This document shows, piece by piece, positions 1-9,238 of a stretch of 24,476 nt of DNA. Origin of the DNA: an uncultured virus (IMG/VR IMGVR_UViG_3300046524_000154) (lineage: Duplodnaviria > Heunggongvirae > Uroviricota > Caudoviricetes). The notes under the pieces were generated by a model. That model had not been told where the DNA came from. It was given only the letters and a program-made list of their open reading frames with translations, and made no database searches. The stretch lies in the IMG/VR virus record IMGVR_UViG_3300046524_000154; one strand, given 5' to 3'. Position 1 is the first letter of the stretch, and the number at the start of each line of letters is the position of its first letter. The position numbers were made by a program, and so were the translations under genes.

Positions 1-3000
1 CGTTCAGCACAGCCTCGCCGTGCGACAGACGTACAAGCGCGGTATCGTCGCGCGAGCCGCCCGGCGCCGTGACGTAGCCCTTCGAATCAATAAAGCTCGT
101 GCCGTCGGCGTGTCCGCTGTAGCCGCTGATCAGGTCATCCGGCGTACTGGTCGCTGCCGCGCCTGCATTCTCGCTGCCGGCCGCCCCACCGAACGCACTA
201 ACAGCCAGACCGACCAGCTTCTGGATTGCGTACACAGCCAGCAGCTGCTCGATCGCATACGCCGCGAAGTTCTTGAAAGCGTCCTTGCCCCCGGACGTCG
301 CCGCCACCACTCCCGTGTAAAACAGGCCGGTGAACTGGGTGGCGTTCATACCGAGCGCGCTAAACGTCTCAGTACCAGTCGCCTTGAAGGACTTAAGGCT
401 GTCGTTCGCTGCGTCGAGCTGCGCGGTAATGGAGTCGCGACCGGAGCCCTTATAGCCGCTGATCAGGTCATCAGGTGTGCTGGTGGAAGATGCGCCGAGA
501 GCCTCGCTGCCGAGGTTCGAGCTGCCCGGCAGCGCTGCGTTGCCGACTGGGCCGCTCGGCGTGATCGTGCCGTTCGCGAGGCCGATAAGCTGCCTCAGCA
601 GGTCGGGGATCGTAACGTTCAGCGCGTCCGTCATCGACTGTGTGTTCAGCGCCAGATCCTTCTGAGCCTGATCACGCGCGGCGTCAGCCTGCGACGTCGC
701 CCCGGTCGCCTTGAGCAGATCCTGGAAGGCCTTCAGCTGCGTCTCAGTCATCGACTTCGACAGCTGGCTCGTGATCGAGTCGTACAGGCCGCCGCCGATG
801 TTCGACGTGTAGTCGCGCAGCGTGTACTTGCTCGCTGCCTGCGGACTCTTGAGCGACTGGAACAGCGACTCATTGGCCTTTTGCGTGCCAGAGCTGAAGC
901 CCGACACGACCTGATCGGCCAACGTCGTGCGACCTTTCTCCAGCGATGCGATCTGCGCGTCGACCGCGTTCAACGTCTGCTGGTAGATGTTCGCGAGCGT
1001 GGTCGCGTTGTCCATCAGCAGCTTCTGGCGGTCCTGCTCGATCGCGTAGATCTGTGTCGCAAGCGACAGCACGTTGGCCTGCCGGGCGAGCGCGAGCGTC
1101 TCCTGATCGGCGCCCGACTGCACCAGCTGCTGGTACTGCACAGCCTGGTCGTACTGGGCCTTCTGAGTCACCGCGCGCTCGGCCGCGTCGTCCAGCGCGT
1201 TCTGGTCGAATGCGTTGGCCGTGCCGTACAGCGTGTTCAGATCCTTAAGGATCGTGCCGCGCGCGGCAATGATCGTGTTGATGTTCGTCAGCCGCTCGGC
1301 GATCGCACGCTGAACTTCCTGCTCTTCGTAGTCGAGTTGAATCTGCTGCAGCTTTGCCTGATGCTGTCGCTCCAGACCTCGCAGCGATGCCTCCAGCGAT
1401 GCCTTGCTGTCGGCGTTGCCGTTGCGCTGCGCGTTCTGGATTTCCTTCAGGATCTTCTGGCGCGACGCCTCGTAGCTCGACTGCTCCGCCGTAACCTGCA
1501 GCGTCTCGATCTGCGCGTATTTTTGCTCGTCGATCGCGATACCGAGGTTCTTGAGGATTGCCAAACGATCTTGGGCCGTCTTTAGGGCAGCGGCGTCCTG
1601 CTTGGCGATCTCCTGCGCGGCGTTGTAGTTGGTCGGGTCGATGTGCCCGCGCGGCGTCTTCTTATCGTGATACTTCGCGTTGGCCTTGGCGACCAGGTCG
1701 TCGACGTCCTGCTGCGAGATGCCGCCGTTGGCTACACCGAGATCGACGAGCGGCTGCAGTCCTTGGCGAAGCCGTTGCTCTTCCGCCGCGCGCTTGTCAG
1801 CCGGCGTGGCAAGTTTCTTACGCTCCGCGTCGAGCAGCTGCTGCGCGGTCACTTGCGCGCGTGTCGCCTGCGTCTGCTCGCCCTTTTGCTTGGCAATGAA
1901 CTCTTCGTACTTCAGCTGCTCCTGCAGGAAGTAGAGCTGCTTCTCCTTCTCGGACGTGTCGTTCATCTCGACGCCACCGGCGCCGTCCTGCGTCGGGCCT
2001 TGCGCCTTGTCCGATGCGATGTCTGCCTGGAGCTTGGCGATCTGCTGCCCGATCGACTGCTTGCGCCCGAGCCCTTCCAGCGCGTCGATGGTCTCGCTGA
2101 TCAGCTTCTTGACTTCCATCCAGCCGGCGATCATCAAACCCTGGTCTTCGATCACCTTCTTCGACGCTTCGTCGGTTGCGCTCGTCAGGTCGCTCATCGC
2201 GAGCGCGACTGCACCGATCCGGTCGCCGTGGCGCTCAGCCGCAGCGATCGCCTCGTACGTGGACGCGGTCAGGAAGTGATACTGCTCGTCGAGCTTGAAC
2301 ACCGCCTCGGTCGGGCTGTCCTTGATCGACTGGACCTGCTTGACGAAATTCTCGACGTTGCCGCCAGCCTGCTGTAGCAGCGCCGCAGAGGTGGCGATCG
2401 CGGCGATCTGGTCTGCCGTGTAGCGGCCCGACTGCGCCAGCTCCAGCACGACGTCCTTTGCACTGCCGATCGTGCCGCCCGCGTGCGCGGCCGACTCAGC
2501 AATCTCTTCCAGACCGGATACCGTCGTGCCGGCGATGTTGTTGGTCTGCGCCAGCGCGAGGTTGAGCGCGTTCTGTTCCTGCGCGCCCTTGATGGCGGCA
2601 GCGGCCATCACAGCCGTCGCCGTGCCTGCTGCGAACAGCGACAGCCCGAGCACGCTGAGAATGCCGTCGAACGTGCCCGAGATCGTCAGCAGGCGGGTCA
2701 CGGACGCGGCCATGCGCGACCATTCACCTGTGAACAGATCCTTCATGATCGTGGTGAACTCGCGCGCGGTACCGGCCGTCGCGTGGAACCCGATCGCGGC
2801 CTTGCCGCCAGCCTCGCCGACGGCTTCGAGATCCGCCGCCAACTGGTGCGCGGTCTTCTGCGCAGCGCCGACCACGGTGTAGTCGCCGATCGCCGCGCTC
2901 GGGAACTTGGCCGCGAGCGAGGGGTTGTTCGCTACCGTCGTGCCGCTCAGCTTCTCAGCTGCGGCGATCTCCTGCAGCGTGCGCAGCCGCGCGCCGTCTC

Positions 3001-4165
3001 TTTTGGATAGGTACGCGGCGCTCGCGACGAGGTCCGCGTTGCGCGACGCCTCGATGGCCTGCAGCTCCTTCTGCGCGGCCATCTCGCGCTTTAGCGCTTC
3101 CACCTGCTCCGCGCGTTGCGCGAGGACAGTCGAGTCACTGATTTTCGCGGAAGCTGCGGTGCGCTGAGCTTCAGACGCGGCGAGTTCTTTTTCGAGCGCC
3201 AGCGCGATCTGGTCGTTGGCGATCCGATCCGCAGCTGCCCGCGCGGCATCCTTCTCCTGCTCGGTGCGCTGCGCCAGAACCTGAGAATCGCCGATCTTCG
3301 AGGACGCTGCGGCGCGCTGCGCCTCGGAGGCCATCAGCTCTTTTTCGAGGGCGAGGGCGGTCTGGTCGTTCGCGATGCGGTCGGCGGCTGCGCGTGCGGC
3401 GGCCTTCTCCTGTTCCTCGCGCTGAGAGACGATGGACGAGTCACTGATCTTTGCCGACGCCGCGACGCGACGCGCTTCGGACGCGGCCAGCTCTTCTTCG
3501 AGCGCGAGCGCCGTCTTGTAGTTGGCGACCCGATCCGCTGCGGCGGCTTTCTCCTGCGCCTCAAGCTCCTTGGCCGCAGCCAGCTGGGCAGCTTCCTGTT
3601 CGGCGCGCTGGGAGACGATGGACGAATCGCTGATCCGGCTCGACGCGGCAGCGCGCGCCTCTGCGGACGCAGCCAGCTCCTTTTCGAGCGCCTGCGCTGT
3701 CTGGAAGTTTGCGACACGGTCTGCAGCGGCGCGGGCCTCGGCCTCGGCCTGCGACTTGGTGGCATTGGCTGCCTCAGCGGCGCGCACCTTGGCGGCGGCA
3801 CTTTGGGCCTTCTGCTGCTGCACGTACTGCGCCGCCGTCTCCTTCATCTGGTCGGAGACGAGCTTGCCAGCGGCAGCCTCTTCAGCCGACGCCTCAACGG
3901 CCACCTCCGCTGCAGCCTTTCTCGCAACCGCCATCTCGTTGATCTTGGCGATCGCGACTTCGGCTTCCTGCGCGTTGGCGTTAAGACCAGCGCCGACCTC
4001 CTGCAGCTGGTTGCCTGTGCGTTGCAGCGCCTCGGCCATTTTGCCGATGCTCGCGCCCGAGTTCTCAATCGACTGGATTGCAGCCTTGAACTTGTCGAGC
4101 GCATCCAGCGCTGGACCGTAGTCCAGCGTTGCTACGAGGGCGACGCCGCCAGCTTGTTCAGACAT
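1..4165 (-). CDS. Tail tape measure protein, 3' end beyond the window (at least 1388 codons)
   Basis: Not in the ORF track, consistent with no in-window stop. ATG at 4165 with GAGG RBS (MSEQAGGVALVATLDYG). Ala/Glu/Gln-rich helical sequence; lambda gpH-like segment LLQQAGGNVENFVKQVQSIKDSPTEAVFKLDEQYHFLT; typical TMP C-terminal GHADG...GYVTAPGGSRDD...RLSHGEAVLN; follows the chaperone gene. Confidence 0.92.
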   Translation of the reverse strand, partial: MSEQAGGVALVATLDYGPALDALDKFKAAIQSIENSGASIGKMAEALQRTGNQLQEVGAGLNANAQEAEVAIAKINEMAVARKAAAEVAVEASAEEAAAGKLVSDQMKETAAQYVQQQKAQSAAAKVRAAEAANATKSQAEAEARAAADRVANFQTAQALEKELAASAEARAAASSRISDSSIVSQRAEQEAAQLAAAKELEAQEKAAAADRVANYKTALALEEELAASEARRVAASAKISDSSIVSQREEQEKAAARAAADRIANDQTALALEKELMASEAQRAAASSKIGDSQVLAQRTEQEKDAARAAADRIANDQIALALEKELAASEAQRTAASAKISDSTVLAQRAEQVEALKREMAAQKELQAIEASRNADLVASAAYLSKRDGARLRTLQEIAAAEKLSGTTVANNPSLAAKFPSAAIGDYTVVGAAQKTAHQLAADLEAVGEAGGKAAIGFHATAGTAREFTTIMKDLFTGEWSRMAASVTRLLTISGTFDGILSVLGLSLFAAGTATAVMAAAAIKGAQEQNALNLALAQTNNIAGTTVSGLEEIAESAAHAGGTIGSAKDVVLELAQSGRYTADQIAAIATSAALLQQAGGNVENFVKQVQSIKDSPTEAVFKLDEQYHFLTASTYEAIAAAERHGDRIGAVALAMSDLTSATDEASKKVIEDQGLMIAGWMEVKKLISETIDALEGLGRKQSIGQQIAKLQADIASDKAQGPTQDGAGGVEMNDTSEKEKQLYFLQEQLKYEEFIAKQKGEQTQATRAQVTAQQLLDAERKKLATPADKRAAEEQRLRQGLQPLVDLGVANGGISQQDVDDLVAKANAKYHDKKTPRGHIDPTNYNAAQEIAKQDAAALKTAQDRLAILKNLGIAIDEQKYAQIETLQVTAEQSSYEASRQKILKEIQNAQRNGNADSKASLEASLRGLERQHQAKLQQIQLDYEEQEVQRAIAERLTNINTIIAARGTILKDLNTLYGTANAFDQNALDDAAERAVTQKAQYDQAVQYQQLVQSGADQETLALARQANVLSLATQIYAIEQDRQKLLMDNATTLANIYQQTLNAVDAQIASLEKGRTTLADQVVSGFSSGTQKANESLFQSLKSPQAASKYTLRDYTSNIGGGLYDSITSQLSKSMTETQLKAFQDLLKATGATSQADAARDQAQKDLALNTQSMTDALNVTIPDLLRQLIGLANGTITPSGPVGNAALPGSSNLGSEALGASSTSTPDDLISGYKGSGRDSITAQLDAANDSLKSFKATGTETFSALGMNATQFTGLFYTGVVAATSGGKDAFKNFAAYAIEQLLAVYAIQKLVGLAVSAFGGAAGSENAGAAATSTPDDLISGYSGHADGTSFIDSKGYVTAPGGSRDDTALVRLSHGEAVLN
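3104..3692 (-). repeat. Imperfect 153-bp (51-aa) tandem repeats in the tape measure gene, about 3.5 units
   Basis: Anchor (K/R)I(S/G)DS recurs at 3132, 3285, 3438 and 3624 (spacings 153, 153, 186); unit KISDSSIVSQREEQEKAAARAAADRIANDQTALALEKELMASEAQRAAASS. Confidence 0.9.
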
Positions 4166-4208
4166 TTAGGTATCCTCAGATGAGGCGCATTATCCGGCCT
4201 TACGTGTG

Positions 4209-4234
4209 AAAACGCCAGCCGAAAGGGCTGGCGT
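4209..4234 (-). terminator. Intrinsic terminator-like hairpin between chaperone GT and tape measure gene
   Basis: Minus strand ACGCCAGCC-CTTTC-GGCTGGCGT-TTT overlapping the GT stop codon; short U tract. Confidence 0.65.
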
Positions 4235-5003
4235 CAAGCGCTTTTGCGGTGGCCGTCTGGCTCGGGGGCGGTGCGCTTACCCTGCATCTTCTTCACCTGA
4301 TGCTCGACAAACTTTCCATCGAGCGACTGGACGATCTGCAGGACTGCCTGGCGCATGTCGAGATCCCGGATTCGCATCATCTCGCAGTACGCCAGCACCT
4401 CCGATATAGGGATTGGCTGGGGGCCGACCTCGGTGTATATCCGCGCCGAACTCAGATGGCGGAACACCGCGTACATCTCAACGTCGTCTGCGCTTAGCTC
4501 TGGCTTGTCTCGGAGCGGCTGCGGCTGCTTGCCGGTCGCTTGCCAGATCTGCGTCAGGAAGTCGATTTGTGGCCCCCACTGCAGCTCCCAGGTCAGGCGG
4601 CCGACGAGTTTTTTTCCTGCTTCTCGATCGCGTCGTAGCGGTAGTTGTCCGCATTGCGCGAGAGGTTGAACACCAGGTCGCGGAAGTCCGTCAGCTGGAG
4701 CAGGGTGACTGCGTTGCTGACCGAGTATTCGAGCGGTGCTCCATTGAATTCGATGCCTTCCCAACCCACGAGGATGTGGTTCGCCATCACTTCGACGAGG
4801 TTGTCGACCGCTGCCTTGTCGGCAATTTTGGGGTCGGTCGAGGCCAGCACGACAGCGTGGCGCTCGCGCAGCGTGCGGAAGAGGGCGTTAGCGTTGTCGT
4901 TGCCGAACCGCGCGACGACGATGGTGGTGGTGGCGTCCAGCGGGTGGCGCACGCCGTTCACTTCCTTCGCAGCGTCGGTCGCAAACTTCTTGAAGATATC
5001 CAT
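4234..5003 (-). CDS. Tail assembly chaperone, -1 frameshift product (gpGT-like, about 256 aa)
   Basis: A_AAA_AAC near the end of the 136-aa ORF opens into the -1 frame (LVGRLTWELQWGPQIDFL...PQPIPISEVLAY) ending at 4234. Confidence 0.85.
4593..5003 (-). CDS. Tail assembly chaperone (gpG-like, 136 aa)
   Basis: Position between tail tube and TMP; ILVGWEGI motif; ends EKNSSAA across the slippery site. Confidence 0.87.
   Translation of the reverse strand: MDIFKKFATDAAKEVNGVRHPLDATTTIVVARFGNDNANALFRTLRERHAVVLASTDPKIADKAAVDNLVEVMANHILVGWEGIEFNGAPLEYSVSNAVTLLQLTDFRDLVFNLSRNADNYRYDAIEKQEKNSSAA
4608..4614 (-). promoter_or_regulatory. Programmed -1 frameshift slippery heptamer A_AAA_AAC
   Basis: Minus strand CAG GAA AAA AAC TCG fits X_XXY_YYZ in the correct frame. 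Confidence 0.85.
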
Positions 5004-5029
5004 GTTGGTTCCCAGTCCTAAGTGTTATG

Positions 5030-5065
5030 AAAAACGCCCTGAAGGCGTGGTCGGCTTTCAGGGCG
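5030..5065 (-). terminator. Intrinsic terminator after tail tube gene
   Basis: Minus strand CGCCCTGAA...TTCAGGGCG followed by TTTTT. Confidence 0.75.
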
Positions 5066-5100
5066 CAGTCTACAGAGCCGCGAGACTCTGTTCAAGCGTT

Positions 5101-6327
5101 TTACAAACGGTAGATCGACAGGGAGTTGCCGCTCGTGGCACCCATGATCGCGGTCCACTTCGCGTCCATCATCACCGCCTGGCCGTCAGCCGTGGCCTGC
5201 ACCGGCATCGAGCTGAAGTCGATCTGGTCGAACACGAATGCGTAGCCGTTGCCGTCCGGGTCTTTCACGATGAACGAGAAGTTGTGCGTGACGTCGTTCA
5301 CGAAGTCGTCATACGGCAGCGTCGCGCCCGGTTCCAGATACAGCGACAGGCTGCCCGTCAGCTGGATCGTCTTCGGCATCAGCGCCACGTTGCCCAGCGT
5401 GCCGAGAGCCTGCAGGCCTTCGAGCTGGTTGTCGAACGAAACCGTGATTTCCTTCGCGTACGTGCTGTAGGTCGTGTAGATCGGCACACCGTCAAGGCGC
5501 ACGTCAGGCACGCCGGTGACCGCCGACATCGAGCGACCCGACTGCGACGCCACCGGCGAGCCCGGCAGCACCGAAGCCTGCGTGCGCTCGCCGTGACGGC
5601 CGAGGAAGTCGAACGAGCCTGTGATGAAGTTGCCGGTCGACAGCGACAGGTCCATCTTCGACACGCGCATGCCGTTGTACGAGAAGAACTGACCGACGTC
5701 GGTGAAGTTCTTTTCCAGCGTGAAGCTGGACGGCGTGGTGCCGATCTGCAGCTTCGCGCTCGACACCTTGATGCCGGCCGCAGCCTGGGCGACGATGCCG
5801 CTGCCTGTGGCGAAGCTGAGGACCGTGGCCGTGCCGTCTGCGTCCAGCTGGAAGAAGCCAGCGTTGCCTGCGTTCAGCGCCGGGCCAGCCGTCGGTGCGT
5901 CGATGCGCACGTAGTCGCCTTTCTTCAGCTTGGTCCACGCATCGTTGCCGGTCGTTGCTGCCGAAGCTGTCACGAGGTCGTGGCCGCCCGATGCCGGCGC
6001 GAACGTTGCGGTGATCGCAGCCGTCGAGCTGCCTGCTGTGCCGTACATGGCCCACGTGCCCATCAGCAGCGATGCCAGGAACGGTTCGTACTCCTTATAG
6101 ACCATCTCGAAATTAATCGCGCCCTGGGCTTGAGCGTTGGTAATCGCCAGCGCGCGGATCTGCCGCGACTGGTTGATTTCCTTCGAGCTGTCTTTGGTCA
6201 GGTTGAAGTCCAGCGTTTCGCCTGTCATACGCAGGTTCACCCCGTTGCCGGTGGTCGGCGTCGTGCCTTCCACCGTCTCCGGGATGTACCGCATCTGTGT
6301 CTGGCTGGATGCCGCAAGCGTAGTCAT
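5101..6327 (-). CDS. Major tail tube protein (408 aa)
   Basis: ETVEGTTP N-terminus, SFTLEKNF...Y.GMRVSKM.L motifs, beta/Thr/Gly-rich; AGGAG RBS; directly upstream of the chaperone. Confidence 0.88.
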   Translation of the reverse strand: MTTLAASSQTQMRYIPETVEGTTPTTGNGVNLRMTGETLDFNLTKDSSKEINQSRQIRALAITNAQAQGAINFEMVYKEYEPFLASLLMGTWAMYGTAGSSTAAITATFAPASGGHDLVTASAATTGNDAWTKLKKGDYVRIDAPTAGPALNAGNAGFFQLDADGTATVLSFATGSGIVAQAAAGIKVSSAKLQIGTTPSSFTLEKNFTDVGQFFSYNGMRVSKMDLSLSTGNFITGSFDFLGRHGERTQASVLPGSPVASQSGRSMSAVTGVPDVRLDGVPIYTTYSTYAKEITVSFDNQLEGLQALGTLGNVALMPKTIQLTGSLSLYLEPGATLPYDDFVNDVTHNFSFIVKDPDGNGYAFVFDQIDFSSMPVQATADGQAVMMDAKWTAIMGATSGNSLSIYRL

Positions 6328-6379
6328 GGCGAAGCTCCTTTATTTACTGCCGCGATTCTCGCGGATGCTTGTTAATTGG

Positions 6380-6781
6380 TCAATCAATGTCGTCGAAACT
6401 GAACAAATACTGCACGCCAGCAGGGTTCCACTGGCTGAAAGGCGCAGGTCTGAAGGATTGCGAACCATTTACGAGCGCGCTTCCGATATACCTGTTCGAT
6501 AGCGCAGCATCGAGCGCGTCCTGCACGGCGATCGTCACGCCTGTGCCCTGGCCGGCGCGCTCGAAGATGCCGAACTGCACGGCGCCGGTGAGCCGCTTGG
6601 GTGCCTCGCCGAGCCCGATCTTGAGTCGGCGGTCGATGGCGATCTCGAACACGACGAACGCGCGCTGCTGATTCGCGAAGTCAGGCTCAGGCCCGTTCTC
6701 GGTGAAAATGTCCACGGGTTGCGTGCCGAGCGCGGCGAGAACCGCAGCGCTCAGAGTCTCGATCAGCGCCTGACGGCTCAT
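6380..6781 (-). CDS. Putative tail terminator / tail completion protein (133 aa)
   Basis: Size, position directly upstream of tail tube, G.VQF.IF...GQG motif; ATGA overlap with upstream gene. Confidence 0.65.
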   Translation of the reverse strand: MSRQALIETLSAAVLAALGTQPVDIFTENGPEPDFANQQRAFVVFEIAIDRRLKIGLGEAPKRLTGAVQFGIFERAGQGTGVTIAVQDALDAALSNRYIGSALVNGSQSFRPAPFSQWNPAGVQYLFSFDDID

Positions 6782-7323
6782 TTGAATCCTGCCTTCCAGC
6801 CTTCCAGCCGGGATGTCGATGCGTTTGCAACTTCAGCGTTAAGCGCCATCGCAGCGCGCATCGCGGAGAGCGGGTAGAGGTTCTCAAGTCGGAACGTCGC
6901 GCCCTCGCCATACGGCTGATACTCCCGCAGGTACGTCGCCGTGTTGGTGATGTACACCGTCATGGACCTCGACGCGCTCTTCGGGAGCTGCTGCAGGAAC
7001 TGCCGCACGCGCGTCACCGAGATCGCCACCGCAGCCTCGCGCTGGTTTGCGTTGCCGTTGTACTCCGACGGCGGCCCCGGCCACTTCGGGTCGTTGAAGT
7101 AGGGGACAAAAGCGGTGGCAGGGGAGTTCACCGTGGGCCACCAGTTCGCGGCGGCGTTGCCCGACCATTCCGGCGTACCTGCGTACCGACCGTCGCCCGA
7201 CACCAGGTTGACGGTCGCTTCGAGCACGACGCCCTTGAAGATGGGCACTACGTCCTTCTCGATGCCGAGCAGGACTTTGCGCTTCACATCCGCCATGAAG
7301 GCGTCGAGGTTCTGGAATTTCAT
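6778..7323 (-). CDS. Putative neck / tail completion protein (HK97 gp10-like position)
   Basis: Start MKFQNL at 7323 overlaps the upstream stop (ATGA); TPEWSGNAAANW and VYITN.A.Y motifs typical of neck proteins. Confidence 0.6.
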   Translation of the reverse strand: MKFQNLDAFMADVKRKVLLGIEKDVVPIFKGVVLEATVNLVSGDGRYAGTPEWSGNAAANWWPTVNSPATAFVPYFNDPKWPGPPSEYNGNANQREAAVAISVTRVRQFLQQLPKSASRSMTVYITNTATYLREYQPYGEGATFRLENLYPLSAMRAAMALNAEVANASTSRLEGWKAGFK

Positions 7324-8168
7324 CGCGTCAGGTGGACCCACACGGTGCCGTCGGTCTGCGGACGTTGCGCGCACACCTTGAAGTCGTAGCCGTCCACCTT
7401 GAAGCCGTCACCGGCCTGCAGCGTCGGGTAGTCGGCCGGGCGCACGCGCGCGACCAGATCCCCGTCCTTGGGCTTGTCCTGCGCCTGCGCGATGACACGG
7501 CTCTGCTGGTAGTAGCGCATGACCAGCGCGGGCAGCGTCACCGGCGCGGCGGCGACCGGCTTGTTCGCGACCTTGTCGAACGCCGCGCTCGCGGTGTACA
7601 CGACCTGAGTGAGTGCGTCAGACGGCAGCTCAAGCGCCTCGATTGCGCCGATGCCAGCGCTCGTCACATACGTGTTGCGCACGCGGTGCAGTCTGCCGCT
7701 GACCAGCACAAACTCGTTCTCGCTCGCATCGAACGCAGCGCCGGTGTAGAGCGTGACCAGCGACCACACTTCCTCGGTGCCGTTGGCGTCCTTGCTGTCT
7801 TTGTCCCAGACGCAGCCCGCGAAGCTGCTCGCGCGCGGCGCCCCGTTCAGCCAGTCCATCCCGGTACCGATACTAAACGTCGTGTCGGCCATGTGCGCGA
7901 CGTACGCCGCCCGCACAGGGCTGCCTTCGAAGTCGTCAGGGGCGGTGAGCCCGAGCGCCCAGTTGCGGCCGGCGAACGACACGATGCCGTCTGCGGGCAG
8001 CGTGAATACCTGCGTCGGGTCGTAGGCCACGATCCGGCGCTGCGTCTGCAGGCCGTCGCGCTGCTGGTTCGCGAACAGTTCGAGGTTCGCCATAAACAGC
8101 GGCACGGTAGAGCCCGGCGCACAGACGGCGGTGTCGTCGAAGAAGCTCGCGCAATCGATCAGGTCCAT
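7320..8168 (-). CDS. Virion structural protein, putative head closure (282 aa)
   Basis: Phage-like codon usage, beta-rich, in the neck cluster; function inferred from position only. Confidence 0.55.
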   Translation of the reverse strand: MDLIDCASFFDDTAVCAPGSTVPLFMANLELFANQQRDGLQTQRRIVAYDPTQVFTLPADGIVSFAGRNWALGLTAPDDFEGSPVRAAYVAHMADTTFSIGTGMDWLNGAPRASSFAGCVWDKDSKDANGTEEVWSLVTLYTGAAFDASENEFVLVSGRLHRVRNTYVTSAGIGAIEALELPSDALTQVVYTASAAFDKVANKPVAAAPVTLPALVMRYYQQSRVIAQAQDKPKDGDLVARVRPADYPTLQAGDGFKVDGYDFKVCAQRPQTDGTVWVHLTR

Positions 8169-8170
8169 GA

Positions 8171-8674
8171 CTAAGTCCCCGTCACCGGGTCGCCGGATGC
8201 GCCGAACTTACCGATCGCGAACGCTGTCGTGACCTGTGAGGCTTGCGCCGGCTGGAGCACATCAATGGCCGAGACCAGCATCGGTACGATCTCGCCAATA
8301 TGCTTGTCGATGTTCGCGATCGTCGTGACGCTCGCGTCGTCGTTGCGCTGCATGATCGCCTGACCGTTTGCGATCTCCTGCGGCGAGAACTGGGGCAGGG
8401 CGATCGCTACCACGCGCGCGGCGCTCCACGCGAGGAACGTCAGGTACAGGTCACTGAAGTCAGCCTGGGCTTCGGTATAGGTCGTGGCGTCGACGGGCAG
8501 CGACTCGTAAAGGCTCCACGCGCGCTTGTCCGTGCGGTTCGAATGGACCTTCACCGACCGGAGATACACCGGCAGGTCGAGGGTGCCAGACTTCATCTCC
8601 TTCACGGCGACGCCCAGCATCGCGCGCATCTCGTCGTCGGAGACAATCTGAGAGAGGCCGGTGATGGTGGGCAT
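8171..8674 (-). CDS. Putative head-tail adaptor (167 aa)
   Basis: Helical, DEMRAMLGV N-terminal motif, two genes after the capsid gene; AAGGA RBS. Confidence 0.55.
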   Translation of the reverse strand: MPTITGLSQIVSDDEMRAMLGVAVKEMKSGTLDLPVYLRSVKVHSNRTDKRAWSLYESLPVDATTYTEAQADFSDLYLTFLAWSAARVVAIALPQFSPQEIANGQAIMQRNDDASVTTIANIDKHIGEIVPMLVSAIDVLQPAQASQVTTAFAIGKFGASGDPVTGT

Positions 8675-8686
8675 CTGCGCGGTTCC

Positions 8687-9136
8687 TTACTGGGCTGCTT
8701 TCTTGAGGATGCTGCTGGCCTTCGCGGCCGGCGCCGGTGCTTCCGGTTCCGTCGGCGCATCGGGCTCTGCCGGGGTTTCCGGCGCATCGGGCTCTGCCGG
8801 GGTTTCCGGTTGCTTGATCAGCTGCTCGACCAGCGGTGCGGCGTCGGTACGATCGACGCCGCTGCCTTCCGGCGAATCCTTGATCTCGGGGAGTTCCTGG
8901 CCCAGCTGCTTACCTTCGATGAAGGCGATCACACGGCCGGCCACCAACTGACCGAGCAGGAAACCGTCGAATTCGTGCGCGGTGAGTCTGTTCAGCTCGA
9001 ACCGCGCTTCGGTGAACGGGTGGCGAAGCGTGCCCACCAGGTTCTTGATTTCTGCGTTCTTGCCAAGGTGTTCTTCGAGTGCGGCTACGCGTGCCTTAAC
9101 GGCTTCCATGTAAGCGCCAGAGATAATCTTTGCCAT
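8687..9136 (-). CDS. Hypothetical protein with Pro/Glu/Ala-rich repetitive tail (149 aa)
   Basis: GAGG RBS, fills the gap after the capsid gene, PETPAEPDA repeats. Confidence 0.75.
   Translation of the reverse strand: MAKIISGAYMEAVKARVAALEEHLGKNAEIKNLVGTLRHPFTEARFELNRLTAHEFDGFLLGQLVAGRVIAFIEGKQLGQELPEIKDSPEGSGVDRTDAAPLVEQLIKQPETPAEPDAPETPAEPDAPTEPEAPAPAAKASSILKKAAQ
8753..8809. repeat. Perfect 27-bp tandem duplication (codes ETPAEPDAP)
   Basis: cggcgcatcgggctctgccggggtttc at 8753-8779 and 8780-8806. Confidence 0.95.
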
Positions 9137-9159
9137 GTGGTCCTCTCGATGTTGAATGT

Positions 9160-9229
9160 AAAACGGGCCGGCCGGGATCTCCCAACCGGCCCGTTTCAGG
9201 CTCGACTGGCCGGAATCTCCCAGCCAGTC
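9160..9229 (-). terminator. Twin hairpins after the major capsid gene; the distal one is terminator-like
   Basis: GACTGGCTGGG-AGAT-TCCGGCCAGTC (9204-9229) then AAACGGGCCGGTTGGG-AGAT-CCCGGCCGGCCCGTTT-T (9160-9196). Confidence 0.7.
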
Positions 9230-9238
9230 ATCCGTCGC

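Noticed and set aside
4234..4764. 176-aa ORF as an independent gene
   Set aside because: Its first 52 codons overlap the chaperone out of frame; better explained as the frameshift extension.
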